Assembly (NCBI GenBank): GCA_965197725.1
Contig: CBDANQ010000057.1
Coordinates: 64,547 to 128,546, forward strand
Direction: 5' to 3'
From: Longimicrobiales bacterium
Lineage (GTDB): Bacteria > Gemmatimonadota > Gemmatimonadetes > Longimicrobiales > Gaopeijiaceae
DNA length: 64,000 nt
Positions 39,427-52,167 of this stretch are shown piece after piece. A program made the position numbers and the translations under genes. Numbering within the stretch: the first letter of the stretch is position 1; the number at the start of each line of letters is the position of its first letter. The notes beneath the pieces were generated by a model, which ran no database searches, had not been told where the DNA came from, and saw only the letters and a program-made list of their open reading frames with translations.

Positions 39427-42400
39427 TCAGGAGCCGGAGACCGCCCTCACGACGTCGTGGCCCAGCACCTCGTCCAGCTCCCGCACCAGACGCTGGGCGT
39501 CGGCATCGGAGAACGGCATCGGAGGCTGGATCTTGATCACGTTCTCGTCGGGTCCGTCCGTGCTCAGCAAGATGCCCCGCTTCTTCAAGCGCTCCACCGC
39601 ATAGCTGGCGACGTCAGCCGCTGGCTCCAGTGATTGACGATCGCGCACGAACTCGATGCCGAGGAAGAGCCCACGGCCGCGCACATCGCCGATCACCTCG
39701 TGTGCGCCTGCGAGCGTGCCTAGGCCGGCCTTCAGCTTTCCCCCCACTTCAGCAGCGTGGGCCTGGAGCTGCTCGTCATCGATCACATGCAAGACCGCGA
39801 GACCGATCGCCGCGGACACCGGATTCCCGCCGAAGGTGCTGAAGAACTCCATGCCGTTGGCGAACGAGGCAGCGATCTCCGGGGTGGTCACCACTGCGCC
39901 TAGAGGGTGTCCGTTTGCGATCGGCTTTCCGAGGGTGACGATGTCAGGCACGACCCCCTGGATCTCGAAGCCCCACATGTGGCTTCCGACGCGCCCGAAT
40001 CCGACCTGGACTTCGTCCGCGATGCACACCGCGCCGTTCGCGCGCGCCTGCTCGTACGCGGCGGCCAAATATCCCTCTGGTGGCTCGATCTGACCGCCAC
40101 ACGAAAGCATGCTCTCAGCGAGGAACGCGGACGCGGCGTAGCCCGTGGTGGCCAGGCGCTCGAAGCCTTCGCCCACGTGCGCAGCGTACCGGCTCGCACG
40201 TGCGGGGTCGTCCAAGCGGTAAAGACCGCGGAAGGCGTCCGGCATCGGCACCGCGGCCACCCAGGGGGGCGCGCCACGGCCACCCCGTCCCGCGAACTTG
40301 TAGTGGCTTACGTCGATGTTCGCTTGGGTACTGCCGTGGTAGCCGCCCTCCAGCGATACCACCGCCTCGCCTCCCGTATGGGCCCGTGCCAGGCGTAGCG
40401 CGAGCTCGTTGGCCTCACTGCCGGAGTTCACCAGGAAGCAGACCGAGAGCGGGTCGGGGAAGAGCGCCGAGAGCCGCTCCGCGTACTGCAGAACCGCTGC
40501 GTGCAGGTACCGGGTGTTCGTGTTCAGCACCCCCATCTGACGCTGGCCCGCCCGTACGACGACGGGGTGCTCGTGCCCCACGTGCGCGACGTTGTTGACC
40601 CCGTCCAGGTACTCCCGTCCCAGAGAGTCGTAGAGGTAGGCGCCGCGGCCGCGCACGACGTGGATGGGTTCGTCGTACGAGAGACTCAGGTTCAGGCCGA
40701 GCACGCCTTTTCGTCGCTGCTCGAGACCGCTGGACTCGACGTACGTCGTCTCTCCGGGCAGCCGGAGAACGAGATTCGGATCGGGCGAAAACGACGCCCA
40801 AACCGAACGCTCTCTCGGAAGTGCGGCACCGGGAAACTCGCCCTCGAAAGCGAGCAGATCCGTCATGATCTGGAAGTGCAAATGCGGCGGCCAATCTCCG
40901 TTCTCCGGGTACGGGCCTACGCGTGCGATCGTCTGCCCCGCCTCGACCGGGTCGCCGGGGTCGAGGTTGCCGACAGAGGTGCGCTGCAAGTGGCCGTACA
41001 ACGTCCAGAACGGCCCTGCGGGCCCGTCGTGCTCGAGGATCACCGTGGGTCCGTAGTCGAGCCGTGCGTCGTTGTCCCGAACGCTCTTCACGCGCCCCCC
41101 GAGAGGGGCCCGTACCAGCACGCCTGGCTCGTCGAATAGATCGATGCCGAGGTGGATCGTCCGGCGTTCACGTGGATCGCCCTCGCGCCCGGCGAACGCG
41201 TCTGTCAGATAGAGTGCGCGCGGCTCCAGGAAGCGCCCAATCCCGAGCGTGATTCCCTGCTCGCGCATGCGAGCGAATACCCGTTCCGTGAAGTCGCTGG
41301 TGTCGTCGGTATCGCGACCGGTCAGATTGGGACTGCCTACGCTCAGGTCGAGCACACCGATCGTGCGGTCGTCCTCAGGCTCTTCCATCACTGGGCTGAA
41401 CTCCTGCGTCGCCAGCCACTTTCTGAGCGGTGTGCTCCGCGGACAAGCGTCGAGGCCGCACGCGTCCCGGAGAATGCCGCTGGCGATCGCTCCCGGCACC
41501 GAGTCGAGCCTTCGCAGCATGTGCCACGCCGGCTGCTCGGATACCAGATGGTACTCGTCACCCCCGCCCTCTTCGCGTCGCCATGCCGCGATGCACACGC
41601 TCTGACCCAGTCGGGCCGGACGAGCGACATCATGACATCGAGCTCCTCCTCGAGCAGTGGCAGCGCCCCATGGTAGCCCCGCGTCAGTGCGGCGGCCGCC
41701 GCGAACGGGTCGGGAGTGCCGAGTATCGAGTACGCGATCGCGATCGCGAGGTCGAAGACGCGTGGCGCGGAGTGCACGTCGCCCAGATCGATAATCCCCG
41801 TGACGCGGTGTTCGCCTCCGTGCGTGGGCGACACCAGCACGTTGTGATCGTTGACGTTCCCGTGGATCATCTGAGAGCCGAGGCCAAAGAACTCTCGTTC
41901 CTTGCCGCGGAACGAAGCGATGGCTCGTTCGATCAGGGCTTTCTGCTCGCCCTCGAGGAGAGAGAGCCCGCGCTCCATGACTTCTCCGGCGTGTCCCAGC
42001 GCCCAATGGAAGTCGACGCGGGCCGGGGGGTGCTCGGGACCGCTCCGAGTGCGCTGCCCAGTTCGGCCATGCGTCGCCCGATGTCCGCCATGAGTGCTTC
42101 GCTACGGGGACTGACCGTTGCGAGAAGCCTACCCGGCAGGAACTCCAGGATGCGGACCCGGTGCGTGGCGCCTGCGGGGTCTTCGTGCTCGATGAGGGTC
42201 TCGCCGGAGCGTGCGGCGACGAGTCCCGGGACCAGGCCGTTCGTATCCGCGGCCAGCCGCTCGATCATGCGGTTCTCGAACTCGAGGATCGGCTGAGGCT
42301 CGTCGGGAGAACTCACCTTCACGATGTAGCGCGCCCCGCTGTCGACGTCGAGCAGGAAGTTGTGGTCCCGCTCTCCGGGCAACGGCGTCAGGGTTCCGTC

Positions 42401-42475
42401 GAGACCATAGTGCTCACTGACCGCGTCGCGGGCTACGGCCTCGTCGAGATCAGGACGGCTCTGGGTGCGGATCAT
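39427..42475 (-). CDS. Fusion of APH-type kinase, M23-like domain and class III aminotransferase/phospho-lyase; frameshifts near 42030 and 41615
   Basis: [29 protein letters not shown] and [35 protein letters not shown]. Confidence 0.85.
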
Positions 42476-42573
42476 ATCGAGAGAATACGGCCCCCTGCCA
42501 CCGCCCGCGACCTCAGTCCGCTTGCAGAGCCTCCGTGGATCGACTCGCCTCGCGCGCCAAGCCGGCAGAGAGC

Positions 42574-43089
42574 CTACATGCGCTCAACTACGAAGGTGTA
42601 GCTCGTGCCAAGCGAGTAGTGAGCCAGCGTGCCGCCCAGGAAATCAACGACGGCGTAGCCCAGCTCGGCGTCCTCCGTCACGATCGAGATACCCAGCAGT
42701 ACACCGGTCTCGGGGTATTGGGGCAGGCCGCTTGGCAACACCCAGTTCTCCCAGTCCAGCCGATAGCCCGCTCCCCTGAAGTCGAAGTTCTCCGGCAGGA
42801 ACTCGGCGAGCCCACTCGGGATCTGTCCGACGTAGGCGTCTTCAGGCCACCGTAGGTGCTCGGCTTGATAGTTGAGCACCGCGACGCGCACGGTCTCGAA
42901 CTCACCGACCACTTCAGCCGCGCGGGCCTTGAGAAGCACGTCGTGGAAGGACGGCAGCGCGATGCGCACGAGCGTGCCCATGACCACCGCTACGGTGATC
43001 ACTTCGATCATCGTGAAGCCGGCAGCTGCGCGCGGCGCCTCCTCAGGTCGCGCAGGACGGCACCGATCGAACCACGACGGGAGCCTCAC
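42574..43089 (-). CDS. Type IV pilin-like protein (B')
   Basis: Class III signal G-FTMIEVITVAVVMG. Confidence 0.8.
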   Translation of the reverse strand: MRLPSWFDRCRPARPEEAPRAAAGFTMIEVITVAVVMGTLVRIALPSFHDVLLKARAAEVVGEFETVRVAVLNYQAEHLRWPEDAYVGQIPSGLAEFLPENFDFRGAGYRLDWENWVLPSGLPQYPETGVLLGISIVTEDAELGYAVVDFLGGTLAHYSLGTSYTFVVERM

Positions 43090-43620
43090 CGTTCGCCGCC
43101 GGGACTGGGGTCTTCGGCCAGCGAGGCAGCTTCACCCACGAACGCCAGCGGGGACTGACGCGAGTAGTACCGCAGCTCAACTCGGTTCGAGCGCCCGGTA
43201 ATCTGGTATTGACGGTTGTCGCGTCGCCGGTACTCCATGCCCCGAAAGCGTGGGCCGGCCTCGTCGAGTACGTAGGGCAGACGACCGCGTTCCGTGCGAT
43301 AGGCCTCGACGCGCTGAGATTGGAGGAAGAGGTTGAAGCGGAGCGCGTTCGACTCCTCCGCGACCGTCCGTACCGGTGGCGGATCGACGGTGAGCCACCC
43401 AGGTGTGCCCATCCAGATGTAGGCGATGCCGATCCACGTCGCGCTCACCGCCATTCTGCGAGCTGTGCTGATACGCCGAAGGCGTGCGGCTCGCTCGAGC
43501 GCCCTCTCCCTGGCGCTCGGTCTGATCCCTCAGGAAGGCAGAGACGGCCTGAGTGCGTTCGCTCACGTCGCTGACTTCCCGCCTGAAGTCGTCTGAACGG
43601 GTGGGGGCGTCGTCTATCAT
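43086..43620 (-). CDS. Pseudopilin (GspG-like) single-TM protein (A'), frameshift at G-run near 43509
   Basis: VEAYRTERGRLPYVLDE motif; paralog of 44160-44708. Confidence 0.65.
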
Positions 43621-44163
43621 TTACCGGGGGATCACGAGGGTCCAGGTGGTATCTCGCACGAAGGACAGGCTCGCTCCGTAGTGCTCCAGCAGACGAGCGA
43701 GAAGCGCAGAATTACCCGCGTAGAGCGTGAGTCCACCCAGCGTGCGGAAGAGGGCCGTCGGTCTCGTGGGCACGCTGTCTCCTGGCAAGTCTTCCTGCGA
43801 AAGTTCCTCGGATTCAGGCGGCAAGACGATTTCGGGGAGGTCGACGATCTCCCAGCGGTTCCATTCGAGCGCATAGCCCTCTACCGCGAGACGGTACTCC
43901 GGAGGGAACGCCGAAACGAGCTCAGGCGGCGTCACGCCCGCCGGGCTGGGTGCTGGCCAATCACGGTTTTGGTTCAGGAAGGCGGAGGCGGCCGCGCGCA
44001 GAGTCTCGATCGCCGATACCGCACCATCCAGCTGCTGTTCGAAGGCGCGTTCCTGCAGTCGCGGATACACGAGCGCGAAGCCGAGCGTCAAGATCGACAG
44101 AAGGACGAGGATGTCGCCCATACTCGCGCCGGAGCGCTGGGAGTCCTCGGCAGAAGGCGTCAC
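43621..44163 (-). CDS. Pilin-like protein (B) with degenerate cleavage motif
   Basis: G-ASMGDILVLL; aligns with B' (WP...P...Y.L.W..W). Confidence 0.7.
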   Translation of the reverse strand: MTPSAEDSQRSGASMGDILVLLSILTLGFALVYPRLQERAFEQQLDGAVSAIETLRAAASAFLNQNRDWPAPSPAGVTPPELVSAFPPEYRLAVEGYALEWNRWEIVDLPEIVLPPESEELSQEDLPGDSVPTRPTALFRTLGGLTLYAGNSALLARLLEHYGASLSFVRDTTWTLVIPR

Positions 44164-44708
44164 GGCCCGCGTCCGCGATCCCAGCCGTTTTCGACGTCCT
44201 CGAACTCCGGGTCTGGCTTCGCGGAATCGTAGACGAGAGCCTGTCCGTTCGGGCGCGCTGCAACCAACTGGTAGACCCGGCTATTCGAGCGCACGAAGCG
44301 GACGCCGGGGATTCGAACCGGGACTTCGTCCAAGGTGCGAGGTAGGCGACCGTGCCGGGCCTGGAACACCTCGATCTGTCGTGCTTGCATCTGTAGCGCT
44401 GCGACCACGCCACGCCCGAGCTCCGCGCTCGAGACCTGCGGGGGTGGCCCTCCGGCGAGCCACGGGGGCGGGGCGAGACTGACGTAGGCGGCGAGCATGA
44501 GCACGACGAGTGCCAGGGGCCCCTTCCATTGGCCCGTTCGGCGACTCTCCGGCGAGGGGTGCAGGTAATGGGCTTCTAGGGCCTCGGCCTGGGCGATCGC
44601 CTCGGCCAGGAGTCGACTTCGGTCCTCTGGCGAGCTGATCCGCTGAGCTGGCGGGTCCAGATCTTCGATTTTCACAGGCGACCGCCCGGCGTGCGTTTCT
44701 TCTATCAA
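44160..44708 (-). CDS. Pseudopilin (GspG-like) single-TM protein (A)
   Basis: IEVFQARHGRLPRTLDE motif after a TM helix. Confidence 0.7.
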   Translation of the reverse strand: MIEETHAGRSPVKIEDLDPPAQRISSPEDRSRLLAEAIAQAEALEAHYLHPSPESRRTGQWKGPLALVVLMLAAYVSLAPPPWLAGGPPPQVSSAELGRGVVAALQMQARQIEVFQARHGRLPRTLDEVPVRIPGVRFVRSNSRVYQLVAARPNGQALVYDSAKPDPEFEDVENGWDRGRGP

Positions 44709-44744
44709 ACCACCCTCAATAATATGCTTCTGGGCGTGTCCCGC

Positions 44745-46427
<1,683 letters not shown>

Positions 46428-46450
46428 GCGACGGCGGGGTCTAGAAGGGG

Positions 46451-49400
46451 CTAGTTCCCACCCCCGCCCGGACGCCCTCGCGCGAGCGCCCTGTAGTACT
46501 CTTCGACAAGTTCGCGATACCCGTCGGGCACCTCATCGGAGCCGGTGAGCGTCGCGCCTTGCTCGGGCTCTCCCTCCACCTCACGGCGTAGCCCGAACTC
46601 GAGGCGCTTCAGGCTGTTGAGAATGTCCTCGTTGAGTCCCGCGACCTGGGCGGGATTGGCATAGATGCCTTCGCGCTCCAGCCTGGCCATGGCCTCCAGC
46701 ACCGCCTGGAGATCCCGGGCCGATCCCTGCCCGGCCTCGCGTAGCCGCTCCTGAAGCGCCCGAACCTGATCGATGCGTTGACCGAACTCGCCACGCAGCT
46801 GTCGGATCTCCTCATCGGTGAACGGCCGCGGGTCTCCGCGCACGGCTCCACCGTAGTACGAGCCGCCCAGTCGGTCTGACGCCAAACCGTCGGGCCCGCC
46901 ACCTCCGCCCGCCTGGTTGTTCTGGCCTCCGCGCTGACGACCTTGGCCTTGCTGGCCGCCTTGACCTTGGCCCTGCTGGCCTTCTTGACCCTCCTGCTGG
47001 CCTTCTTGGCCCTGCTGGCTTTCTTGACCCTGTTGCTGGCCTTCTTGGCCCTGCTGGTCGGCCTGACGCTGGCCCTGGTCGAGGCGCCGGTCCATCGCTT
47101 CCATGCCGCGGACTAGCTCGCGAGCCTCCTCGAGTGCTTCCTCGAGCGGGTTCACCTGACGCTCACTGGAAGCGCCCGCCGCCCGCCCGAGCTGATCGCG
47201 CAGCGCCTGAAGGTCCGACTCGATGTCGAGCTCGAGTATGACCGCGGACTGTGGCTCCCACTGCTCGATCGTGCCTCGCGAATATCGCAGCTTCTCCTTC
47301 AGCTTGGATTCGCGGATCTGCGTCGCGGCATCCTGGAGTGCGCGCGCCGCCCCGGGATTGTCGGCCCGGCTGTTCGAGGCGGCCTGGTCGAGCTCGCGCT
47401 CGAGGTCCTTGACCGTTTCCGTCATCTGGTCCTTGCGTTCGCGGAGTCGGTTGATCGTCTCCGCTCGCTCGGCGCCGGTCGCTGGAAGCCCACGGACTTC
47501 CCGCTGAACCTCTCTCTGTTGCCGCTGTAGCTCCTCGACTCGCTCGATCGCGTTCTCCGCGTCGCGCAGTGCCCGATCCGCGCGTGCCTCTTCGAGTTGC
47601 CGACGCACGTCCTCCAGCCTGCGCTGCGCCGCCGCCGCCTCGCTCTGCCCGCCGGTGCCTCCTTGCGCCGCGGACTGCCGCATCGCCTCCGCCGCCCGCT
47701 GCAAGTCCCGTGCGTTCTGTTCGAGTTGGGCGTCGTTGTTCTCGCGCGCCAAACGCTGAAGCTGCCTCGCCGCCTCTTCGACCTGTTCCGCTAGATCTCT
47801 CTGAGACTGGCCGCCACCTGCCGAACCCCGCTGCGCCTGCGCCCGTCGGCGCTGCCTCTCGGCCTCCTGCTCCTGCCGGCGCGCGAGCTCCTTCAACCGC
47901 TCGATCAGCTCGTCGACCTCGTTGTCGGACTGCTGTTGCTGCCCGCGACGGACGGTCTCGTATTGGTTCTTGAGCTTGTCGAGCTCGAGCTCGAACAGGT
48001 CGGCGAGATCTTCGGCCGCTTGCTGCCCACCGCCGCCGCCGCCACCCTGCTGACTCTGTTGTTGCTGTACGTATCGCTCGTACGTCTCCTCAGCCTGCTG
48101 AAGGAAGCGCAACGCGGTCTGCTCGTCAGGCAACGCTTCGCGCAACTCCTCCGACGCTAGGTCCTCCTCCGCCTTGCCCATCGCCTCGACCGCCTGCGGC
48201 AGGATGGCGGACACGTCCCGGAAGCCGGGATCGGTTCGCGTCAGCCCTCGGTTCTGCATGCGCTGCAGGAGTGTCCCGACTTGTTCCTTCAGGCGTCCTT
48301 GCGCGAGCGATACGCTCACCACGTTCTCGCTGAACTCGCCCGGGGCGTAGCTGCCCTCCTGGCGGATGAGATTGAAGGTGGCTGAGATTATCTGCCGCTG
48401 CATCTCGGACAGCGCTGTCTCCTCCTGCTGACCACCGCCGCCAGCGCCACCGCCCTGCTGTTCAGCCTGGCGATACGCGCGCTCGAACGGGCGCACGCTC
48501 AAGAAGAACATATCGCTCGAGACCGGCCTGCCGCCGGCGCGCGTGCGGTTGTCCCGCACGAGGGCGTAGTAGGATACCAGATCGCCCGGCTCCAACTCCC
48601 ACTCCTCGAGAAAGAGCGTGTGGCCGGTAGAGACCTCCGGCAGGGAGACACCCGATCCCTCGAAGATAGCCAAGGTATCTTCTTCGCCGCCGTTGACGGA
48701 GTAGACGAGCCGGATGTCCCCGATGCCGTAGTCGTCGTCGGCCCGCACCTCGAGGTACACTTCCTCGATCGGCGACGCCGTGATGTCCCGTCCCGGGTCG
48801 GAGAACCGGATCGACGGTTCCCGGTCCTCGAGCACGTCGATTGTGTACTCGGGTGATGCCGGCACCATCTCACCGTTGTCCCGTGCGAGCTCGATCGAAT
48901 AGAAGCCGCGCTCAGCCACGGTGAACGAAGCGAGCAGCGTACCGTCAGTCTCGACCGCGAGGTCCCCCACGGGCTCTCCGTCCATGAGCAGTTGGCCCGC
49001 GGGCGTCGCCATGGTGGGATGAATGCGCACCTCGACGAGGGTGCCTGAGAGGGCCGCGATATCACCGCCGTCCCCCTGCGTCCGGGCGTCGAGGCCCGTG
49101 TACCGCGGGAAGTAATAGGTGAGGTCGAGTCGGTCCACGTAGGGAAGGTCCGCGACGTCGATCGAGAACGTGGAGGACCGGATGCCCGCAGACTCGACGA
49201 AGTACTCGGTGCGGTCATTTACGGCCAACAGCATGACTTCGAAGCCGTTGGCCTGGTCCGGCAGCATGCTCAGTCGCTGGAAGGTCTCAGCGGATCCGGA
49301 ACGCGTGAACACCGAGACGTCACCGACGTCGAAGCCCTGAAGCGTCGCCGTAACCATCTGATCGGAGCCTCGAGATATCGTCGTATCCCCCGGCAGCACG

Positions 49401-49990
49401 CCAATGGAATACGGGTTCACCGAGGTTGCGTCCGTCGTGGGGAACAGCAGCGCTGTTAGCCCGTGCCGGAGGTGGGATGAGCCCATGAGGGCGAAAGCCA
49501 CACCGAACACGGCGACCGCCGTCAGCGCACCCCCGAACCGGTAGAGTGCGGACTGCTCCACGCGGCGCCCGTACTCGACGTTTCGTGCGCGATCGAGCGC
49601 GCTCCGCACCAACTGCTCTCCCAGATCCGGGGAGAAGCTGGCGTTGCCCGCGTCGAGCGCTGAAACCACCGCGTGCTCGAGGGCCGGCTCGTGCTCTTCG
49701 AGGTAGAGCGCCACCCGCTCGTCCGTAACGCGCCTGAGCAACGGTCGCACGAGGAACCACACGGTGGTGAAGCCGAGGGTGCCCCATGTGAGCAGCCGCA
49801 GCCAGACTACAGCCTCGGCTGAAAAGCGCATCTGCTCCAGGCCCATGGCAGACAGGAAGAGGACGGCGCCCGAAACGACTCCGACCCACGTGAGGCCCCG
49901 AAGAAAGATCCGGCTACGCCAGCGCCACCGAATGCTGGCGACCAGCTCGAGGAGCCTGCGGTTCGCCATCCGTCTGTCAGAGTCCTTCAT
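46451..49990 (-). CDS. Large membrane-anchored Ig-like plus coiled-coil protein (DUF4175-like)
   Basis: Three N-terminal TMs, beta-rich middle (ADDDYGI, LEPGDLVSYY), Q/E/R coiled coil, VPDGYRELVEEYYRAL C-terminus. Confidence 0.8.
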   Translation of the reverse strand: MKDSDRRMANRRLLELVASIRWRWRSRIFLRGLTWVGVVSGAVLFLSAMGLEQMRFSAEAVVWLRLLTWGTLGFTTVWFLVRPLLRRVTDERVALYLEEHEPALEHAVVSALDAGNASFSPDLGEQLVRSALDRARNVEYGRRVEQSALYRFGGALTAVAVFGVAFALMGSSHLRHGLTALLFPTTDATSVNPYSIGVLPGDTTISRGSDQMVTATLQGFDVGDVSVFTRSGSAETFQRLSMLPDQANGFEVMLLAVNDRTEYFVESAGIRSSTFSIDVADLPYVDRLDLTYYFPRYTGLDARTQGDGGDIAALSGTLVEVRIHPTMATPAGQLLMDGEPVGDLAVETDGTLLASFTVAERGFYSIELARDNGEMVPASPEYTIDVLEDREPSIRFSDPGRDITASPIEEVYLEVRADDDYGIGDIRLVYSVNGGEEDTLAIFEGSGVSLPEVSTGHTLFLEEWELEPGDLVSYYALVRDNRTRAGGRPVSSDMFFLSVRPFERAYRQAEQQGGGAGGGGQQEETALSEMQRQIISATFNLIRQEGSYAPGEFSENVVSVSLAQGRLKEQVGTLLQRMQNRGLTRTDPGFRDVSAILPQAVEAMGKAEEDLASEELREALPDEQTALRFLQQAEETYERYVQQQQSQQGGGGGGGQQAAEDLADLFELELDKLKNQYETVRRGQQQQSDNEVDELIERLKELARRQEQEAERQRRRAQAQRGSAGGGQSQRDLAEQVEEAARQLQRLARENNDAQLEQNARDLQRAAEAMRQSAAQGGTGGQSEAAAAQRRLEDVRRQLEEARADRALRDAENAIERVEELQRQQREVQREVRGLPATGAERAETINRLRERKDQMTETVKDLERELDQAASNSRADNPGAARALQDAATQIRESKLKEKLRYSRGTIEQWEPQSAVILELDIESDLQALRDQLGRAAGASSERQVNPLEEALEEARELVRGMEAMDRRLDQGQRQADQQGQEGQQQGQESQQGQEGQQEGQEGQQGQGQGGQQGQGRQRGGQNNQAGGGGGPDGLASDRLGGSYYGGAVRGDPRPFTDEEIRQLRGEFGQRIDQVRALQERLREAGQGSARDLQAVLEAMARLEREGIYANPAQVAGLNEDILNSLKRLEFGLRREVEGEPEQGATLTGSDEVPDGYRELVEEYYRALARGRPGGGGN
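46925..47075 (-). repeat. Low-complexity coding repeat (QQGQEG)n
   Basis: Repeated CCTTCTTGGCCCTGCTGG-like units on the plus strand. Confidence 0.8.
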
Positions 49991-50043
49991 CTTCCACTCC
50001 GTCTGCAGCCCATTTCCAAAGCACCACAAGACAATGTGGCGAT

Positions 50044-52167
50044 TCAACCCGTGGCCACGCCAACAGCTCCTGCCTTTCTGGATACCCAATTCGAGAGCAG
50101 TGTTTCGGTCACGAACAGAGAGAACGCCGCGATGAGGATCCATCGCCACAGCGACTGCCGCCGTTCCAGGTCCTCCATGCGCATCTCGGTCGCCTGCTCG
50201 AAGTCCGGTCCACCGTCGGGCCCGGCCGCCGCGGGGCCCACCTGTGCCACCAATTCCTGTGCGTCGATCCTCGCCAGGTTCGACTCCTCGAGCTCGACAT
50301 TCACTGCGATCACGAAGGGCCGGTCCGGATCGGATCCGGGAGGGCGCACCATGTAGAAGCCGCGCTCATCGAGGAGCAAATAGCGCGGCCCGTCGCCGGC
50401 GGGAAGCCGCACCGACTGCCCGGAAGGTGTCAGCGCCACCTGATCGAGTCCTTGCACCAGGCCCGCGGCTTCCGCAGAGACCAATCCGGCCGTTTCCAGA
50501 GCCTCCGGGTCGGCGAGGTCCAAGACCTGGCCAGCGACGAACCACGGCAGCGCCTCTGTCCGTCCGCCGACGTATTCGGAGATCCTGTGCACGAACGGCA
50601 AGTAGACCGGCTGAAGCGCGAGATCATTCCAGAAGTTGTCCAACGCCGACGTCCAGACGAGCATCGTGCCCCGCCCGTATCTCAACTCCGCCAGCGCGAC
50701 CGAGCCATCGTCGAAGCGGGCGAGCACGGTCGCGGAGTCCGCGGGGCTGAAGTCCCGGGCCCGGAAAAAACGTGCGCCAGTGAAGTCGCCGCTACGCGGG
50801 CCCGAGAATGCCTCGAAGATCGGGTGTCCGTACTCGAGGAATCCGAGTCGGCCGCCGCGACCCTGTACACGATCCTGAACCTGGCCGATGGGACCGGGCA
50901 GCATGTCCGCGGCGGAGTTTGGCCAGCCTGACGATCGGCCCAGCACGAGCAGCACGCCGCCGCCCGCGTCGACGAAGCGGCGCAGACGTTCCGCTGAACC
51001 ACCGTCGACGTTCGCGTCGTTCATGATGACGCCATCGGTCCCGTCGAGATCCTGCGGCCGCACCGCGTTGCTTCGGCGGAAGGCGACATCGAAGCGTCTG
51101 GCTTCGGAGATTTCCAAGGCGCGTTGCAGGTACAGGCTGGCATCGCGCTCGGCGGAGCCACCCTCGACGACGAGCATCGAGAGAGCGGCCCCCGGCGAGA
51201 CGACGAAGTGGCGCGCGTCATCCGCTGACAGTTCGTCGCCTGGCACTCGCACTGAACCGGGGGTGTGCGGCCGCGAGAGCGTGAACGGCTGGAACCTTAC
51301 GCTCGCGGACCCGTTCGGCGGGATCGTGACCGGGCGTGACTGAAGTTCCTGCCCGTCGACCTCGAGGGACACCATCACCTCTTTGGCCTGCTCCCCTCCG
51401 CGGCGAGCGAGTCGCGCGGTAGGGGTCACTCTCTCCCGGCCCGAGACCGCCTCACGCGCAAGAGCGACATCGGTGACCTGGATGTTGTCCGAAGTCTCCT
51501 CACCGAGCGGGACGGCGGTGACCTTCGAGCCCGGCGGCAGACGGATTCCCTCGTCTCCGGTCCATCCGTTGCGCTGGAAGTCGGTGAGCAAGAAGACCTC
51601 GCCGCTAGGCAGCTCGGACTCCTCCAGAATCGTCTGCGCGACCTTGAGGGCAGGACCGAACCGCGTTACGGACGAGCCGATCCGGACGGTGTCGAGGGCG
51701 CGGGTGAGCCGGGAGCGATCCGCGGTCGAGCGTGTGACGACACGGGCGCCCTGCCCGAACATCACAAGGCTGGCTCGATCCAGCGGACCGAGCTCGTTGA
51801 AGATCCTACGTGCTTCGTCCAGCGCGCGGTCGAACTGGTCCCCGATCTCCATGCTGTAAGACTGGTCGATCAGGACGACGACCTCACGCGGGCCGGACGT
51901 CGCTCCCAGACCGAGGGTGTCCCGCTCGAAGAATGGGCGCGCGAACGCGACGGCCACCAGCGCGAGCGCGAGCGCACGCAGGGAGAGCAGGAACCAATAG
52001 TGAATCCGCCTTCTCCGCTGCTCCTGGTACGGGATACGCTCGAGGAACATGAGCGACGGGAAGTGCACCAGGTTCCGCCGTTGGCGACGTGTGAGGTGCA
52101 GGACGATCGGCACCACGACACCCGCAACACCGAGCACGAAGAGCGGGACGAGGAGCGCCAGACTCAT
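50044..52167 (-). CDS. BatA-domain / vWA membrane protein
   Basis: PIVLHL...FPSLMFL...AFARP, MIDAS DQSYS, TDFQ, C-terminal TM. Confidence 0.88.
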   Translation of the reverse strand: MSLALLVPLFVLGVAGVVVPIVLHLTRRQRRNLVHFPSLMFLERIPYQEQRRRRIHYWFLLSLRALALALVAVAFARPFFERDTLGLGATSGPREVVVLIDQSYSMEIGDQFDRALDEARRIFNELGPLDRASLVMFGQGARVVTRSTADRSRLTRALDTVRIGSSVTRFGPALKVAQTILEESELPSGEVFLLTDFQRNGWTGDEGIRLPPGSKVTAVPLGEETSDNIQVTDVALAREAVSGRERVTPTARLARRGGEQAKEVMVSLEVDGQELQSRPVTIPPNGSASVRFQPFTLSRPHTPGSVRVPGDELSADDARHFVVSPGAALSMLVVEGGSAERDASLYLQRALEISEARRFDVAFRRSNAVRPQDLDGTDGVIMNDANVDGGSAERLRRFVDAGGGVLLVLGRSSGWPNSAADMLPGPIGQVQDRVQGRGGRLGFLEYGHPIFEAFSGPRSGDFTGARFFRARDFSPADSATVLARFDDGSVALAELRYGRGTMLVWTSALDNFWNDLALQPVYLPFVHRISEYVGGRTEALPWFVAGQVLDLADPEALETAGLVSAEAAGLVQGLDQVALTPSGQSVRLPAGDGPRYLLLDERGFYMVRPPGSDPDRPFVIAVNVELEESNLARIDAQELVAQVGPAAAGPDGGPDFEQATEMRMEDLERRQSLWRWILIAAFSLFVTETLLSNWVSRKAGAVGVATG

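Noticed and set aside
46925..47075. CRISPR-like repeat array
   Set aside because: No unique spacers; in-frame low-complexity coding repeat; no cas genes in the window
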